From contig JAYWIR010000098.1 in the NCBI GenBank assembly GCA_036172245.1, positions 124,001 to 188,000 of the forward strand: a DNA stretch of 64,000 bases. Reading direction: 5' to 3'. Made by a program: the position numbers and the translations under genes. Below the pieces are notes generated by a model. That model did no database searches. It saw only the letters and a list, made by a program, of their open reading frames with translations, and had not been told where the DNA came from. The DNA is from Raillietiella orientalis. Lineage: Eukaryota. Within the stretch, counting starts at the first letter, position 1; the number at the start of each line of letters is the position of its first letter. Shown here in pieces: positions 47,480 through 59,900 of this stretch.

Positions 47480-49614
47480 CACAAGGCGTTCGACTGTGTA
47501 GACCAGGAACTTCAATTGGAGCTCCTGGGTCGCATGGGCTTCCCACCCTCCCTGATTTCCTACCTGCGCTCTTGCTGGCGGAATGCGATGATTACCGTCT
47601 GTTTCAGTGGACAGAAGGTGTATGGCGTGCCGGTGCGGCAGGGCATCAGGCAGGGCGATAGCCTCAGCCCCCTGCTTTTCATCACCTTCTTTGAGTTGGG
47701 GCTGAGAGCGTACAGGGTGACTTTGGCCCAGTTGCCGAGCTCGTGCCCCGGCACGCTCGCCGTAGCAGCGTACGCCGACGATGTTCTGCTCTTGTTGCCA
47801 ATTTCTACCCCGGCAAAGGCGGTGGGAGACTTCTTCGATCTGCTCAGCCGCGGGACCGGACTGCAGGTTAACAGGGCGGAGTCGTCGGTTGTGCCAATAG
47901 GTGCGGCGTGAGCAGGGCAGGAGGACTGGGTCCGTCTGGGGATCTTCACGGAGAGGTGCTTCAAGTACCTTGGTGTGCCGTAGGGGGACTGCTCCCTAGC
48001 GGAAGCGTGGTCCGGCTCCCTCCAATAAGTCGAGACGGCTATCGGCCCGTTCCTGGAAGGCAAGTTTCACTTGCCTGAACGGGCCTGCGGTTTGGAACAT
48101 GTTCGCGGCTCCTCTTCTCCGTTCCCTGCTGTTTGTTAGCCCCCCCACAGAGAGGATCAAAAAGCGGACGAAGGACCTCCTTCGTATCGCCCTTTGGGGC
48201 TACGGGAGGCCCCAAGTCCGCCTGAAGGACTTGTGCGCTCCGCGTCGGGACGGTGGTCTCGGCCTCCTGACATTGGAGCGGCTGGAGCTGCAGCTCCAGT
48301 TCCGGATTTTGGCACTTGTGTTGGAGTTGTGGTGCACCTGTTGGTGCGTCCCTGCACGTCTCCTCCTTCAGCAAGCCACCGGTAAGACGGGACTTACGTC
48401 GTTTCTTGCACTCCATCGAAGCCGCATCAACCGATGTGGGCTTCTGCTACGGAGGGTGGCTGCGCTGGCAAGGAAAAATCAAGGATGGATCACCTGTCTC
48501 CCCGCGAACGGTAGTGCCTGGTTGCAGGATACCGTTCGTATGTGGGGACAGTTCGGCATGCAACCCTTCCATCAGGAACGAAGGTTTCTGTTTGGGTGTT
48601 ACAGAAGTTGCACGCTCCGTGAGGTCCTGGAGGATCCTAAGAAGAGAGCGTGGTCAGGAAGAACCTCCCTCGCTTCTGCGCTGGACTCCCTTGTGGAACA
48701 TCAGGACAGCAATGTTGCGGCGAAGTGGGAGGTTACATTTAAAATCTCCGGGAAGGAGAAGAAACAGAGAGAGTGGAAGACGGGCCAGCTAACTGATGCT
48801 GCGACCCCGAGTACGCCTCCTAATGGACTTCTGCGCTGGGGAGCGCTGGTGGATGTTCCGATTGAACATCTGAAGTGGCCCCCGATTCTTATGAACACTT
48901 CTATCCTCCCTTTAAAGTAACAAGAGTCGGCATTCCTGTTGCAGCACTGGGGACTCCCCTGCAACGCCCGTCGACACCACTGGACCTGGGGAGCGGTGGA
49001 TCCCAATTGTGTAAGGTGCGGGGAACGGGATTCCCTCCCTTACCTCCTAGTGGATTGTGTTGCCCTTCGGCCCCTTTGGTTCCGCTTTGCCGCGGCCATC
49101 GGTATCCCTTGCAGCAACCCCAGGGAGGCACTAAAAGTCTTCTTCGCTTCCGACGCTCTGCGGCCTGGGTCCTCGATAGCAGCCTTTTTCTGCCTTCGTG
49201 GGATCGTCGCCGCCTGGAGCACGGCGACGGGAGGACGTCGCGATCAGGAAGCCATCCAGTGCACCTCTGAATTCTTGAGGAGGGCGTCGCGATGGCCCCA
49301 CCTAGATGTTCACAACAAACAAGACCTTGCCAGCATCCTGAGAGGGATGATTCGGCCCCAGCAGCAACAGTGATCCCTTCCCGTTCCCTCCCACACTTTG
49401 TTTGTTTGTTTGTTTGTTGGTTAGTGTTTTTTTTTTTTTTTTTTTGTTTCTCCTTTTTACCCTGCTGCCTTGGTGGACCGTACCGGTCTAGAAACCGGTG
49501 AATTGGCAGGCGCCGTAATTCTTAGCTTCTGGCTGGAGCATTGCCACAGCCATTAATAATTTGTTTACAAAGTTTATTTTTTTAATAAACGACTCGGAGA
49601 ACTCCTGGTGAAAA

Positions 49615-49787
49615 TCGAATGTTTTGCGCAAGTCGACAGCGACGGCGAAGGCTCCCGCCGATTCCGCCCCACCCTCTACCGGGTCTCTCTGGTCAGAGGG
49701 GTGCTCGAGGCTCCCTTGACCGTCCTGTGCAACGCGCTGTTCCAACTGCCACCATGTGCTGGCGAGGAGCAGGTTGGCTTCCATGGT
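49615..49787 (-). mobile_element. Short F-family RT fragment (TMEAN...AVDLRKTFD)
   Basis: ORF 49488-49784 matches the N-terminus of ORF 30812-31648. Confidence 0.85.
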
Positions 49788-52107
49788 TTTTCACCCGGGT
49801 AAGCCGGGGCTTTTATTACTAAAATTTTGAAATTACAAAATTTCGTAACAAAGTCTATCTTGTTAAAATTTTCGTTTTTACGACGTCAGAAGTTCAGATC
49901 AGAAGTTCAGTAGCACTTATCCTTACCGACCAGGAGGTCGATAAGGTCCTTCACTGGCGCCGGGACGGGAAAAATAAAACAAAACAAAAACAAAAAAAGA
50001 AGAACGTCCGCAAAGCAATGATTTTGGGTAGCGGGAGCGAGGAAGGGGATCGCCGTGCGCCGTGAGCAGGCCTTTGCATCCGGTTTCGGATGCGAACAAG
50101 TGCTGGCAAATGTTTTTGAAGTCGGCGCCAACGGCACGCTTTCTCCAAGGAGATCGCTGCCCAGTGAATGGCATTCCGGCTGGTCCTTCCTCTCCTAGAC
50201 GCGGTCAACTTCTCCAGGATACCGCGTATGCAGCAGAGCACTGCTACGCTCCCGGAGGCTGGTAAGCCGTCTCGCGTCAGGAGGCGTCTAGATAAATTTT
50301 TCAGGTCAACCTCCGGAATGTTGAGGATCAACGAGAGTCTGTCATACATTTCGCGGAGGGCAACACACTCCAGAATCAAGTGAGGGAAGGTCTCCCTTTC
50401 CTTGCACTCTGCACAACTAGCATCCACATTCCCCGTTGTCCAGCGAGACAGGCGTGCTCTGCTTAAAAGTCCCCAGTGGAGCAGAAGCAACGCCGTCTCC
50501 TGCCACTGCAGGGGAAGGGTGGCGTTGTCCCATGACGCTGGGGGCCACTTCACCTCCTCCGGAGGTATACCGAGCAGCGCGCCCCATCGTATAAGTCCGT
50601 TCGGCGGGACACTCGGGGTACTAGCGTCCGCTAGTTCCCTCGGCGTGCACGCCTTCAGTGATTTTTTCCTGCCTCCGATGAGGCAGGACACTTTCCACGA
50701 TGCCTGTTGGTGGCTGTCCCGAACTTCCCCGAAGGAGGGTAGCACTGGGGCAAGGGGGGTTAAGGAAGCCCACAGAAGTTTCCGTGGGTTGGAAACGATC
50801 TCCTGGAGTGGCTGACCAGCGTGCCTTCCTATGCGGAGGCAGGAGAAGTCCCCATCGCTGGTGCCATTGATCTTCGCCCATGCGGATACGGACTCCGGAA
50901 GCCAGGTAGTCCAGTCCGCTGGAATGCAGGAGATCCAAGGGTTGTCTCTCATCAGAGCAGCCAAATCCCGCAGCTGATAACCACAATGGTTCAGGCTGCG
51001 TTCGTTGGCTACCAGGATTGAAGTCAATACGAAGCAGCCGGTTGCCCTGTGAGCAAGGAGTCTTGCTGGTGCACACCAGGGTGCTGTCCAAAACTTTGCC
51101 ACAAGGGCAAGTTTTCTCAATTGGAGCTGTCGCTCCATGCGCTCCAACGTCAGGAGACCAAGTCCACCGTCCCTGCTTGGGGCGCACAAGTCTTTGAGCC
51201 GGACGCGGGGCCTCCGGTTGCCCCAGAGGGCTTTACGTATAAGTCCCTTAGTCCGTGTCCTTATTTAGTAAGGTGTAGGGCACACAAAAAGTAGGGGGCG
51301 AAGGAGGGGGGCCGCGTAAGCGTTTCATACCGTGGCCCGTTCCTGCAAGTGGAACTTGCCGTCCCGGAACGGGCCGATCGCCAGCTCCACCTTTTGTAGA
51401 CGGTCGGACCAGGCTTCTGCAGAGCAAAAGTCCCCCAACGGAACGCCAAGGTACTTGATGTACCTGCCCGTGGGGATCCCCAAGCGGATCCAGTCAGACC
51501 GTCCGGCCCTCGTCGAGTCGGTGAAAAGCAACGACGATTTCGTCCTGTTTACCTGGAGGCCTGTCCCACGGTATAGCAACTCGAAGAAATCCTCGAGCGC
51601 CGATGCCGAGGTGGACCCGGGAAGCAGGAGCAGAAGATCGTCGGCATAAGCCGACACGGCAGGCGTGCCAAGACAGGAGCTCGGCAGGGTTGCCAAAGTC
51701 TCCCTGTATGCTCTCAGCACCAACTCAAAGTAGATGCTGAAGAGCAGGGGGCTGAGGCTGTCACCCTGCCGGATGCCACGACGAACCGGCACGCCGAACA
51801 CGTGGCGGCCGCTGAAATTTATATTGATGAGCGCGAAGCGCCAGCAGGAGCGCAGGTAGGCCAGGAAGACGGCCGGAAATCCCAAGCGTTTTAGAAGCTC
51901 CAGCATGAGATTATGGTCGACGCTGTCGAATGCCTTACGCAAGTCGACAGCGACCGCAAGGGCTCCCTTCCTCACCCGACCGTCCCGTCTCCCACCAGCG
52001 GACGCACCGGAATTTCGTCTGCTCAATAAGCCCCTTCCTTGTTGGAGTTGTATCCATGTGGAAGCGTGGAAGAGGTTCGCCTCCATGTTTTGCCCGGGAG
52101 CAGCATA
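49788..52107 (-). mobile_element. Element G2: 5'-truncated ORF2 plus 3' UTR
   Basis: ORFs 51325-52086 and 49951-51189 (CAECKERETFPHLILEC); 3' AATAAAAGCCCCGGCTTACCCGGGTGAAAA. Confidence 0.9.
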
Positions 52108-52147
52108 TCGAGGCTACTCTCCCTAAAGTGGCAGGAGTCGGCGCTGC

Positions 52148-55144
52148 TTTCATACCCGGGTGCGCCGAGGCGTTTATTTTTTAGTAAAAAGCAAACAAGC
52201 AAGTGTAGGGCTATAGTTGCTTCAGCGTCCGAAATAAAAAGTCTGAAATTGCCGCGTAGCTATCCCGCAGGCTGGCGAGTTCGACTTGGCAGCGGGGGGT
52301 GAAAGGACAAATAAAAACAAAAAGAGAACACTATTTACAAAAGCAGGGAGGAGTTGGGGAAGGTAACACATTCCTCTGGAGTCGTCCTCTACATCCTTTC
52401 CAGGAGGCCTGCAAGTTCGGTGCGCATATGTCCCAAATGGGATCATCTGGATGCCGTCCTTAGGAAACGTAGGGCGTAGCAGAAGATGTCTCTGTCGTTT
52501 AGTCCACCAGTGCCGATGCTCCAGGCCGCCACAATCCCTCGTAGGCAGCAGAGGGCTGCAAGGGCTGCGACAGGCCGAAGGGCGTCACGCACAAAAAGGC
52601 GCGTCAGAACGTCTCTAGGGTTGATCGTGGGTGCTCCTAGGGCCGTTGCGAAACGCAACCACAGTGGCCTGAAGGCAACAGAGTCAAGAAGTAGGTGCGG
52701 GAGGGTTTTCCGTTCCCCGCACCTGACACAATTTGGGTCCACCGCCCCCCTCGTTTAGTGCGAACGGCGGGCGTTTCTGGGGAGTCCCCAGTGCAACACG
52801 AGGAACGCCAACACCTGCCACTTCAGATGGAGGTCCCTGGTAGTCTCCAGCACCGGGGGCCACTCGAGTAAATCCATGGGGATGTTTCGCAGCTCGCCCC
52901 AGCGCAATAGTCCATTTGGTTGGGCACTTGGGGTCGCAGCGTCTGTCAACTGGCCCGTGGTCCAACCACCTTGTTCTCTCTCTCTTCCAGAGATACTGCA
53001 CCTGACTTCCAATTTTGCCAACTGGCTACTGCCCGGGTGCTCCCTATGGTGTAACAGAGCCGTGGCAAGGGAGGTCCGCTCAGCCCACGCACTCAAGGTG
53101 GACTGCACGATGATTTCCTTCAGCCAGCGGCTCTTGTGATAGGAGTGCAGCATTCGCTGCCGCAACTCCGGGCTCGCTTCCTAGATCTGGTCCCAAGTGC
53201 GAAGGCTTTCCTGCATCCAGGAAGTACCGTTCGCGGGCCGACAGGAGATCCAGGTGTTCGTTCTGGTCAGCTTCGCCACTCGCCGAAGTGCCAGTCCGCA
53301 GTGAAACAGGTACCGGCGTTTGCGGCGCTCTAGGAAGGTAGAGAGTCCCGCACAGCCGCTAGCTCGCTGAACTGGGCGTCGTGCAGGCTCGCACCAGCTG
53401 GTGCTCCATAGCTTCGCTACTAGAGCTTGAGTCCTGGACTGCAGCTGCAGTTCCAGCCACTCCAGCGTGAGGAGGCCGAAGCCTCTATCTCGACCAGGGG
53501 CACATAAGTCCTTCAAACGGACTTGGGGCCTACTTCTGCCCCAAAGGGCGATTCTGAGGAGGTGCTTTGTCCGCTTTCTGACACCGCAGGGTAAAGGGCA
53601 AACAAAAAGCAAGGGGCGATAAAAAGGGGCCACAAACGTGTTATACACCACGGCTTGTTCCGGCAAGAAAAACTTGCCATCCAGGAACGGGCCGATCGCT
53701 CTCTCGGCCTTTTGGAGGCAGCTAGATCACGCTTCCGCAGGGGAATATTCCCTTAACGGCACATCAAGGTACTTTAAGTACGGTACTGTAGGGATCCCGA
53801 AGCTAGATCTTTCCAGCTGCCCTGCCCGCGATGAACCAGCTGCAACCACGGACGACTTCGCTCTGTCCACCTCCAGCCCTGTCCCTCGACGCAGCAGCTC
53901 GAAAAAGATTTTGACCGCCGACGCCTGGGTGGACATGGGGAGCAGCAGCAAAAAATCGTCCGCATAAGACGCCACGGCCGGTGTACCTGGGCACACGCGC
54001 GGCAGACGACCAAGAGTCTCCTTGTATGCCCTCAGCACCAGCTCGAAGTAGGTGCTGAAAAGCAAGGGGCTCAAGCTGTCACCCTGCCGTATCCCGCGGC
54101 GCACTGGCACACCGAACACTTTTATTCCCCTGAAAGTAATATTGGTTAGCGCGTCGCGCCAGCAAGAGAGCAGAAAGGCCAATAAAAAGGCCAAGAAGCT
54201 TAAGACTTCCAGAAGCTCTAGCCGGAGATTCTGGTCGACTCAGTCAAGTGCTTTTTGCAAATCGACTGCGAATGCGTGAATACCCTCGCGCTCCCCACAA
54301 TCCCGCGAACCACCAGCGGACGTCCCGCAAATTGGGGTGCCGACATTGTTTTTTTTATTTATTCTACATCTCTGGAACTCGAACCAGATGTTCGCGAAGA
54401 GCAGGTTGATGTCCATGCTACGCACGTGAACAGCGTATGTCTGCTCTGGGCTGATGAAGCTTTCCGCCAACCGCCCCATTCGTTCAGACCATAGCTTCGC
54501 AAGCAGCTTGGCGTCAGCGTTCAAAACGGTGATCGGAAGCCATTTGCCCATGCTCCGAAGGTCTCGTCCCTTAGGAAGGAGACTCACCTTTGCCGAACGA
54601 AACGAAGCGGTAACGTCACCTGTCTCGCGTATGAGGAATGTGACTTGATGTACCAGGAGGGTTAGCTCAGCCGCGAAAGTTTGATAAAGCTCCGCGGACA
54701 GGCCGTCCTCCTTTGGAGCCTTGAGCCTCTTGAGCTTTCGGATGGCCGAAATGATCTCGTCTATCGTGAAAGGCTCTTCGAGGGACTTTTTCTCCTCTTC
54801 TCAGATTGCTAAAGCGCCTTCTGAAAACAGGAGTCGTAAGGCATCCAGCTCCAGAGACTCCCTGGCGTACATGGAGGAGTAAAATTTCCTGAAAATCCCG
54901 CTCTTCTGAGCAGGAGACGAGTGCTTCCTGTCCTGGTCGTCCAGCAAGCTGGCGAACCCGGATTGCCAGGCTTGCCTCTCCGCTTCTAATCGATATTCTG
55001 CTAACCTGCGCATGTCGGGGATTTTTGCGTAACGTCGGGCCTGAAGATAGCACCTTTCGTTTCGCGGCCCCTCTCCAAATCCTGCAGGTTGGCGATGCAA
55101 AGGGAACTGTTCGCAGAACTTCTGGACCAACCTTATGAAGTGGT
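52148..55144 (-). mobile_element. Element H: ORF2 (linker to 3' end), degenerate
   Basis: ORFs 54801-55403 (part), 54240-54587, 53727-54194 (YADD), 53181-53666, 52443-52742; 3' AATAAACGCCTCGGCGCACCCGGGTATGAAA. Confidence 0.9.
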
Positions 55145-55145
55145 G

Positions 55146-56924
55146 CACCTCGGCATCGGCGCTCGACGATTTCTTCGAGTTGCTGCGCCGTGGGACAGGC
55201 CTCAAGGTAAAAAGGGCCAAGTCCTCGATTATTGTATCGTGCTCGTCGAGGGCAGGACGGTCTGACTGGATCCGCTTGGGGATCCCGACGGGCAGGTACA
55301 TCAAGTACCTTGGCGTTCCGTTGGGGGACTTCTGCTCTGCAGAAGCCTGGTCCGACCGTCTCCAAAAGGTGGAATTGGTGATTGGCCTGTCCCCAGACGG
55401 CAAATTTTAGTTGCAGGAACAGGCCACGGTGTGGAACAATTTTGCGGCCCCCCCCTTTCGCTTCCTAATTTTTGTGTGTCCCGCTTTCCTTCAAATTAGG
55501 ACATGGACAAGGGGCCTCATACAGAAAGCCCTTTGGGGCAATCGGAGGCCCCGCGTCCGAATTAAAGACTTGTGCGCTCTACGCAGGTGGACTTGATCTT
55601 CTCACGTTGTATCGCATAAAGCGACAGCTCCAAATTTGGAAACTCGCCCTTGTGGCAGAGAACAGGCAAGCACCTTGGTGTATTCCCGCAAGACTCTTCG
55701 CTCACATGGAAACCGGCTGCTGCGGTTTGACCACAGTCGTGGTAACTAACGACCGTAGTCTGAAGTATTTTGGGTTTCAGCTACGCGATCTGGTCTCCAT
55801 GGTGAGGGAGAATACGTGTATCTCCTGCATCCCCTCGCACTGGATTACCTGGCTACAGGAGTCCGTTTCCGCGTGGTCAAAATTCAACGTCTTCAGCGTT
55901 GTGGTGTTCTGCCTCCGTCGAGGCTGGTACGCTGGTCAGCCACTGCTGGAGTTCATATGCAACCCACGGAAACTTTTGTGGGCTTCCTCCAATCTCCTTG
56001 CTCCCTTGCTGTTCTTCTTAAGGAAAGTCAGAGTCAGCCAATAGGAGGCATCGTGGGAAGTGTCCTGCCTCATCGCAGGCAGCAAAAAACGGATGAAGAC
56101 GTGAACGTCTCGGGAACTAGCGGACGCTAGTACCCCGAGTGTCCCGCCGAATGGTCTTATACGCTGACGCGAGCTGCTCGACATGGAGAAGAAGAAGTGG
56201 CCCTCAGCGGCTTCTGATAACGGCACTTTTCTTCTGCAGTTGCAGGAGACGGCGTTTCTTCGGCTCCATTGCGGACTTTCAAGCAAAGCGCACCTGTCTC
56301 ACTGGACATCGGGGAGTGTGGATGCCAACTGCGGTGAGTGCGGGAATCGGAGACCTCCCCCCACCTAATTCTACAGTCAGTTGCCCTTGGTCAGATGTTT
56401 TTGGATCCACTCTGTTTGTCCCTTAACATTCCGGGGGACAACCCGAAGAACATTTTTAGACACCTGCTGATGAGTGACGCCATGCCAGCCTCTGAAAGTG
56501 TAGCAGTGCTCTGTTGCATACGCAGAATCGTGGATAAGTTGACCGCGTCGAGGAGAGTCCGCACCAGTTGGAATGCCATCCACTGGGCCGCCATCTCTTT
56601 AGAGATGGACTGCCGTTGGAGCCGGCTTTGAAAACATTTACAGGCACTTTTACACCTAACCTAACCCCCCCTTTCCTTCCCTCCAAAAACATTGCACCCT
56701 TCAGGCGTTTTTCTTTTTTTTGTTTTATTTTTGTTTTTCCCGCCCCTGCGCCCGTGAAGAGGACCTTATCGGCCTGGGGGTCAGTAAGGACCAGTGCGGC
56801 TAGACAGTAAAACATCTGTGCTGACCCAAACAGAAAAGTTTTGTTTACAAAAAAGACTTTATTATGTAATTTTTTCTGTTTAAAAATTTTAATAATAAAA
56901 GCCCCGGCTCACCCGGATGAAAAA
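55146..56924 (+). mobile_element. Element G3: 5'-truncated G copy, last element of the array
   Basis: Matches G2 (TSASALDDFFELL..RYIKYLG); AATAAA at 56894 plus CCCCGGCTCACCCGGATGAAAA. Confidence 0.9.
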
Positions 56925-59900
56925 CCAAATTTCATGTATTCTTTAGCGCTCTCTAACTTAAAATTGACTAACTTGTCTGCATAGTTTCTGTCTAAAGCCT
57001 GTTCCAGAATTTTATGTAAGTCTCAGTAAATACTTTTAATTCATTCGAAGATAAACGCAGAAAGATGAGTAATGACTATAGCAGTGACTCCACGAGAACC
57101 ACTTAGTTTGGGAAAATCGTGCAAACAAATTTCATCGTACAAATGAAATGAACACTTTATCCTAAAAAACAGGATTCCTGAATTGCAAGTAAGCAAATGA
57201 AAAAAATTAAGTTCCGTCAAATCATTTCAGTTAGTCATATAGTGATGAAGTTTGCAACCGTTTCTCTGTATAGCAATACGATAATTGAGAAAATGTATTT
57301 TTTTTGTGATCTATGTGGTTGCAAATGAATATCAGTATGTATCTGCGAATAACTCAAGCAAGCCACTTGTTCTAAATGTTATTGATAAATCTAGGTATTA
57401 ATTGATGGACTGGGAGCGGTTTAACCTAGCAGTAGATTCCGGCAAGATAGTGCCCATTCTCAGCGAAGTTTTGTACGACAATAATGACAGTCGTCGTGTA
57501 TTGGTTCCTTGTGTGATTGATGATTTCATCATCAGAGCACGCAAATGCCTTCTGTTATGTAAAGAAGATACATCCCTTCTTCTCTTTCTGAATTGCAATG
57601 GCAAGAGGGTCACAAACAACGTATAAGCATTCTGCTCTGTTGAGAAAATGAAAAAAACACTGTTGGTGATAGGTCATCTGGAATTCAGAACTCAGAATAG
57701 CATACTCGTGATGCCTTGAATGAATCTCTGAAAATATTTCAATTGCAATTAATAGTGTCTTGTTTCCTGAATACGTGGAGTACTCAAGTAGTTTAGTGTG
57801 TTTTCTATCCAAAAACAAGAGAAATTCCCTTAATAAATCTCTAAATAGAGTGCAAATATTTCTTAATAGTATCAGTAAATGATGTGATAGAATTTTTTAA
57901 TATACATGTGGCAACACTTTGTTTACTGAGTTGGACTCCTCAATACAACTATAAAATCCATATTTGGGGGAGGTTTCCATCTGCAATTCAGTGTGCTCGG
58001 AACATATCCCAGATTTATTCCAGTGACAAGCCTGAAGTGTATTGAAAGTACAATACGTTATCAAGAGATGCAACACCCATGAAGAAGACGTGTATTCAAA
58101 CTTTCAATGCGTATTTCCCTAAAAAAAACCTAGCGATGGACGAGTTTTTTTTTCCTGAGTTTTTTATTTTTATGCAACAAGAGGATACAGTGGTGAAATT
58201 AATGTCGAATGATGTGAAATATTTGTAAGACTGTTTTCCTACTTTGAGAGAAGAAAAACATTGATAGAAAAGTTCCCAAACATGTCGTTTGCATATCCTT
58301 CATATTTCAAACAGGAAGCAGTTAGTTCAGATGAATTGTGACAAAACCACCCTTTTCAACGGTTTTGAGATAGTTCTCATCAAGGAAGGTCAAAAGAGAC
58401 ACTGATGCTTGAAGCACAGCACATTCAAACACATAGCAAAAACTGAACTGTAACGTACCTTCGAGATACAGTTGCTGAAAGTTGTAGGTAGCAATCCCCA
58501 TTGAAATCATTTAGAAAAAACTCAACCATCATACTTCCATGGAATTCTGGCAACTAAAACCTTGCTAAGTCCTATTATATTGCAAACGTGGGCTTACAAA
58601 AAAAGACAGGGAACACGAGCCACGTTGCAATTGAACTCGCAAGTTATTGAACGACAGTTCACACGTTCCAAAATCGTTGGCGAAAGCAGAAATACATGGC
58701 CCTCGCTTGTTCGCTAGGCCAATGACGTGTGCGAGCGATCTGAACAATGGAATTGTAGTGTTTTCCGTATCAGAACATTCTGCAGAAAGGGCAGCATAGC
58801 TGAACAGCACAGCCTACAAAGAAAAAGGATTCGGTGACACTTTATCACCCGAAGGGACACATAGAGTACTAAACTTCGCAGTTACGAAAAATGGCTGCAA
58901 ACAATTTCCTTACAGTCAAAGGAAAGCTTGCGAGAAAAATTTACACGAAAGAAGTGTGTTGAGCTGTAACCACAGCTATAACAAAAAGGTTTCCACACGC
59001 CAATCACGAATTCCCGAACAGTAAACTCTTCGATTCGGTTGAGCACCATCTGTCCTCATAGAAAAGTGGCTTCTTTTCGACACTGTCGTCAACTAGTAAG
59101 CTCTCTTAGAAACCTTTTCCACAATAAAAGACTTTAAATATCCTAAGAACATTTCCAGAAAATAAAAACACTAGCATCAGCAACAACAAAGTACGCGTAA
59201 GTGTTACAATAACCAAGGCAAAATCAGAAACACAGTATGAAGAAAAGGGAAAGAGTAAAGGAATCATTCCATTAAAACAGGAATGCACCTTCACGCTAAG
59301 CGAATTGCTTTTGCAAATTGCACGCTCGAGAGACCGAGCGTGTTTCTCCAAAGACAAAATCAAGCACCACTTGCCTCACAGACGTTCCTTCCATATACAA
59401 TGGACTGCTTCCATACGGCAGAGAGATGGAAATACGCATCAAACATTGCGTAGAATGCTAAATTGAACATATGAAGGACTGCACAGTGAGCGAAATCAAT
59501 TTGACGAAATACATTGCACCAATCAATAGACTAGAAACGCTAACAGAAAAGCGAGCCGTTCTAGGGAACATGCAACAAAATTCATGGTGCCTCTTAAGAC
59601 AACTCTTTCGTTCAGCACCAAAGCTGTATCCATGAAGCAAACTGAGTGAAGAAACAAACGAAACACGCTGCAAAGAATCTCACTAACCATACACACATTG
59701 AAATAGGGCAAACGCACTGCTATAACAAAGATCCAATTGTCGGTCTCAGCATTCTCAAGAGATAAATTCAGAGCCCAAAAAAAACTACACCTTTTCCTAA
59801 CATGCGCCTACAAGATTAAGAGTGCGCCACATAAGGCAACTACTAACAGAGGAAAGAAAGATTGAGGAAGCGATATGCCGAAATACAGATGAATTTCCCT

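Larger units (their letters stand above)
32315..49614 (+). mobile_element. Element B': second B copy, interrupted by D' and E; last ~1.5 kb is E-type
   Basis: 32315-34756 closely matches B 10739-13176; resumes at 40663-41912 and 47480-~48075; then E-like to AATAAA (49584) and the terminus. Confidence 0.88.

Noticed and set aside
56655..56672. CCTAACCTAACCC as telomeric repeat
   Set aside because: Only two units, inside the G3 ORF2 end/3' UTR.
55126..56936. ACCAACCTTATG / ACCAAATTTCATG as a TSD for G3
   Set aside because: Poor match; the left copy is internal to H, and H does not resume on the right.
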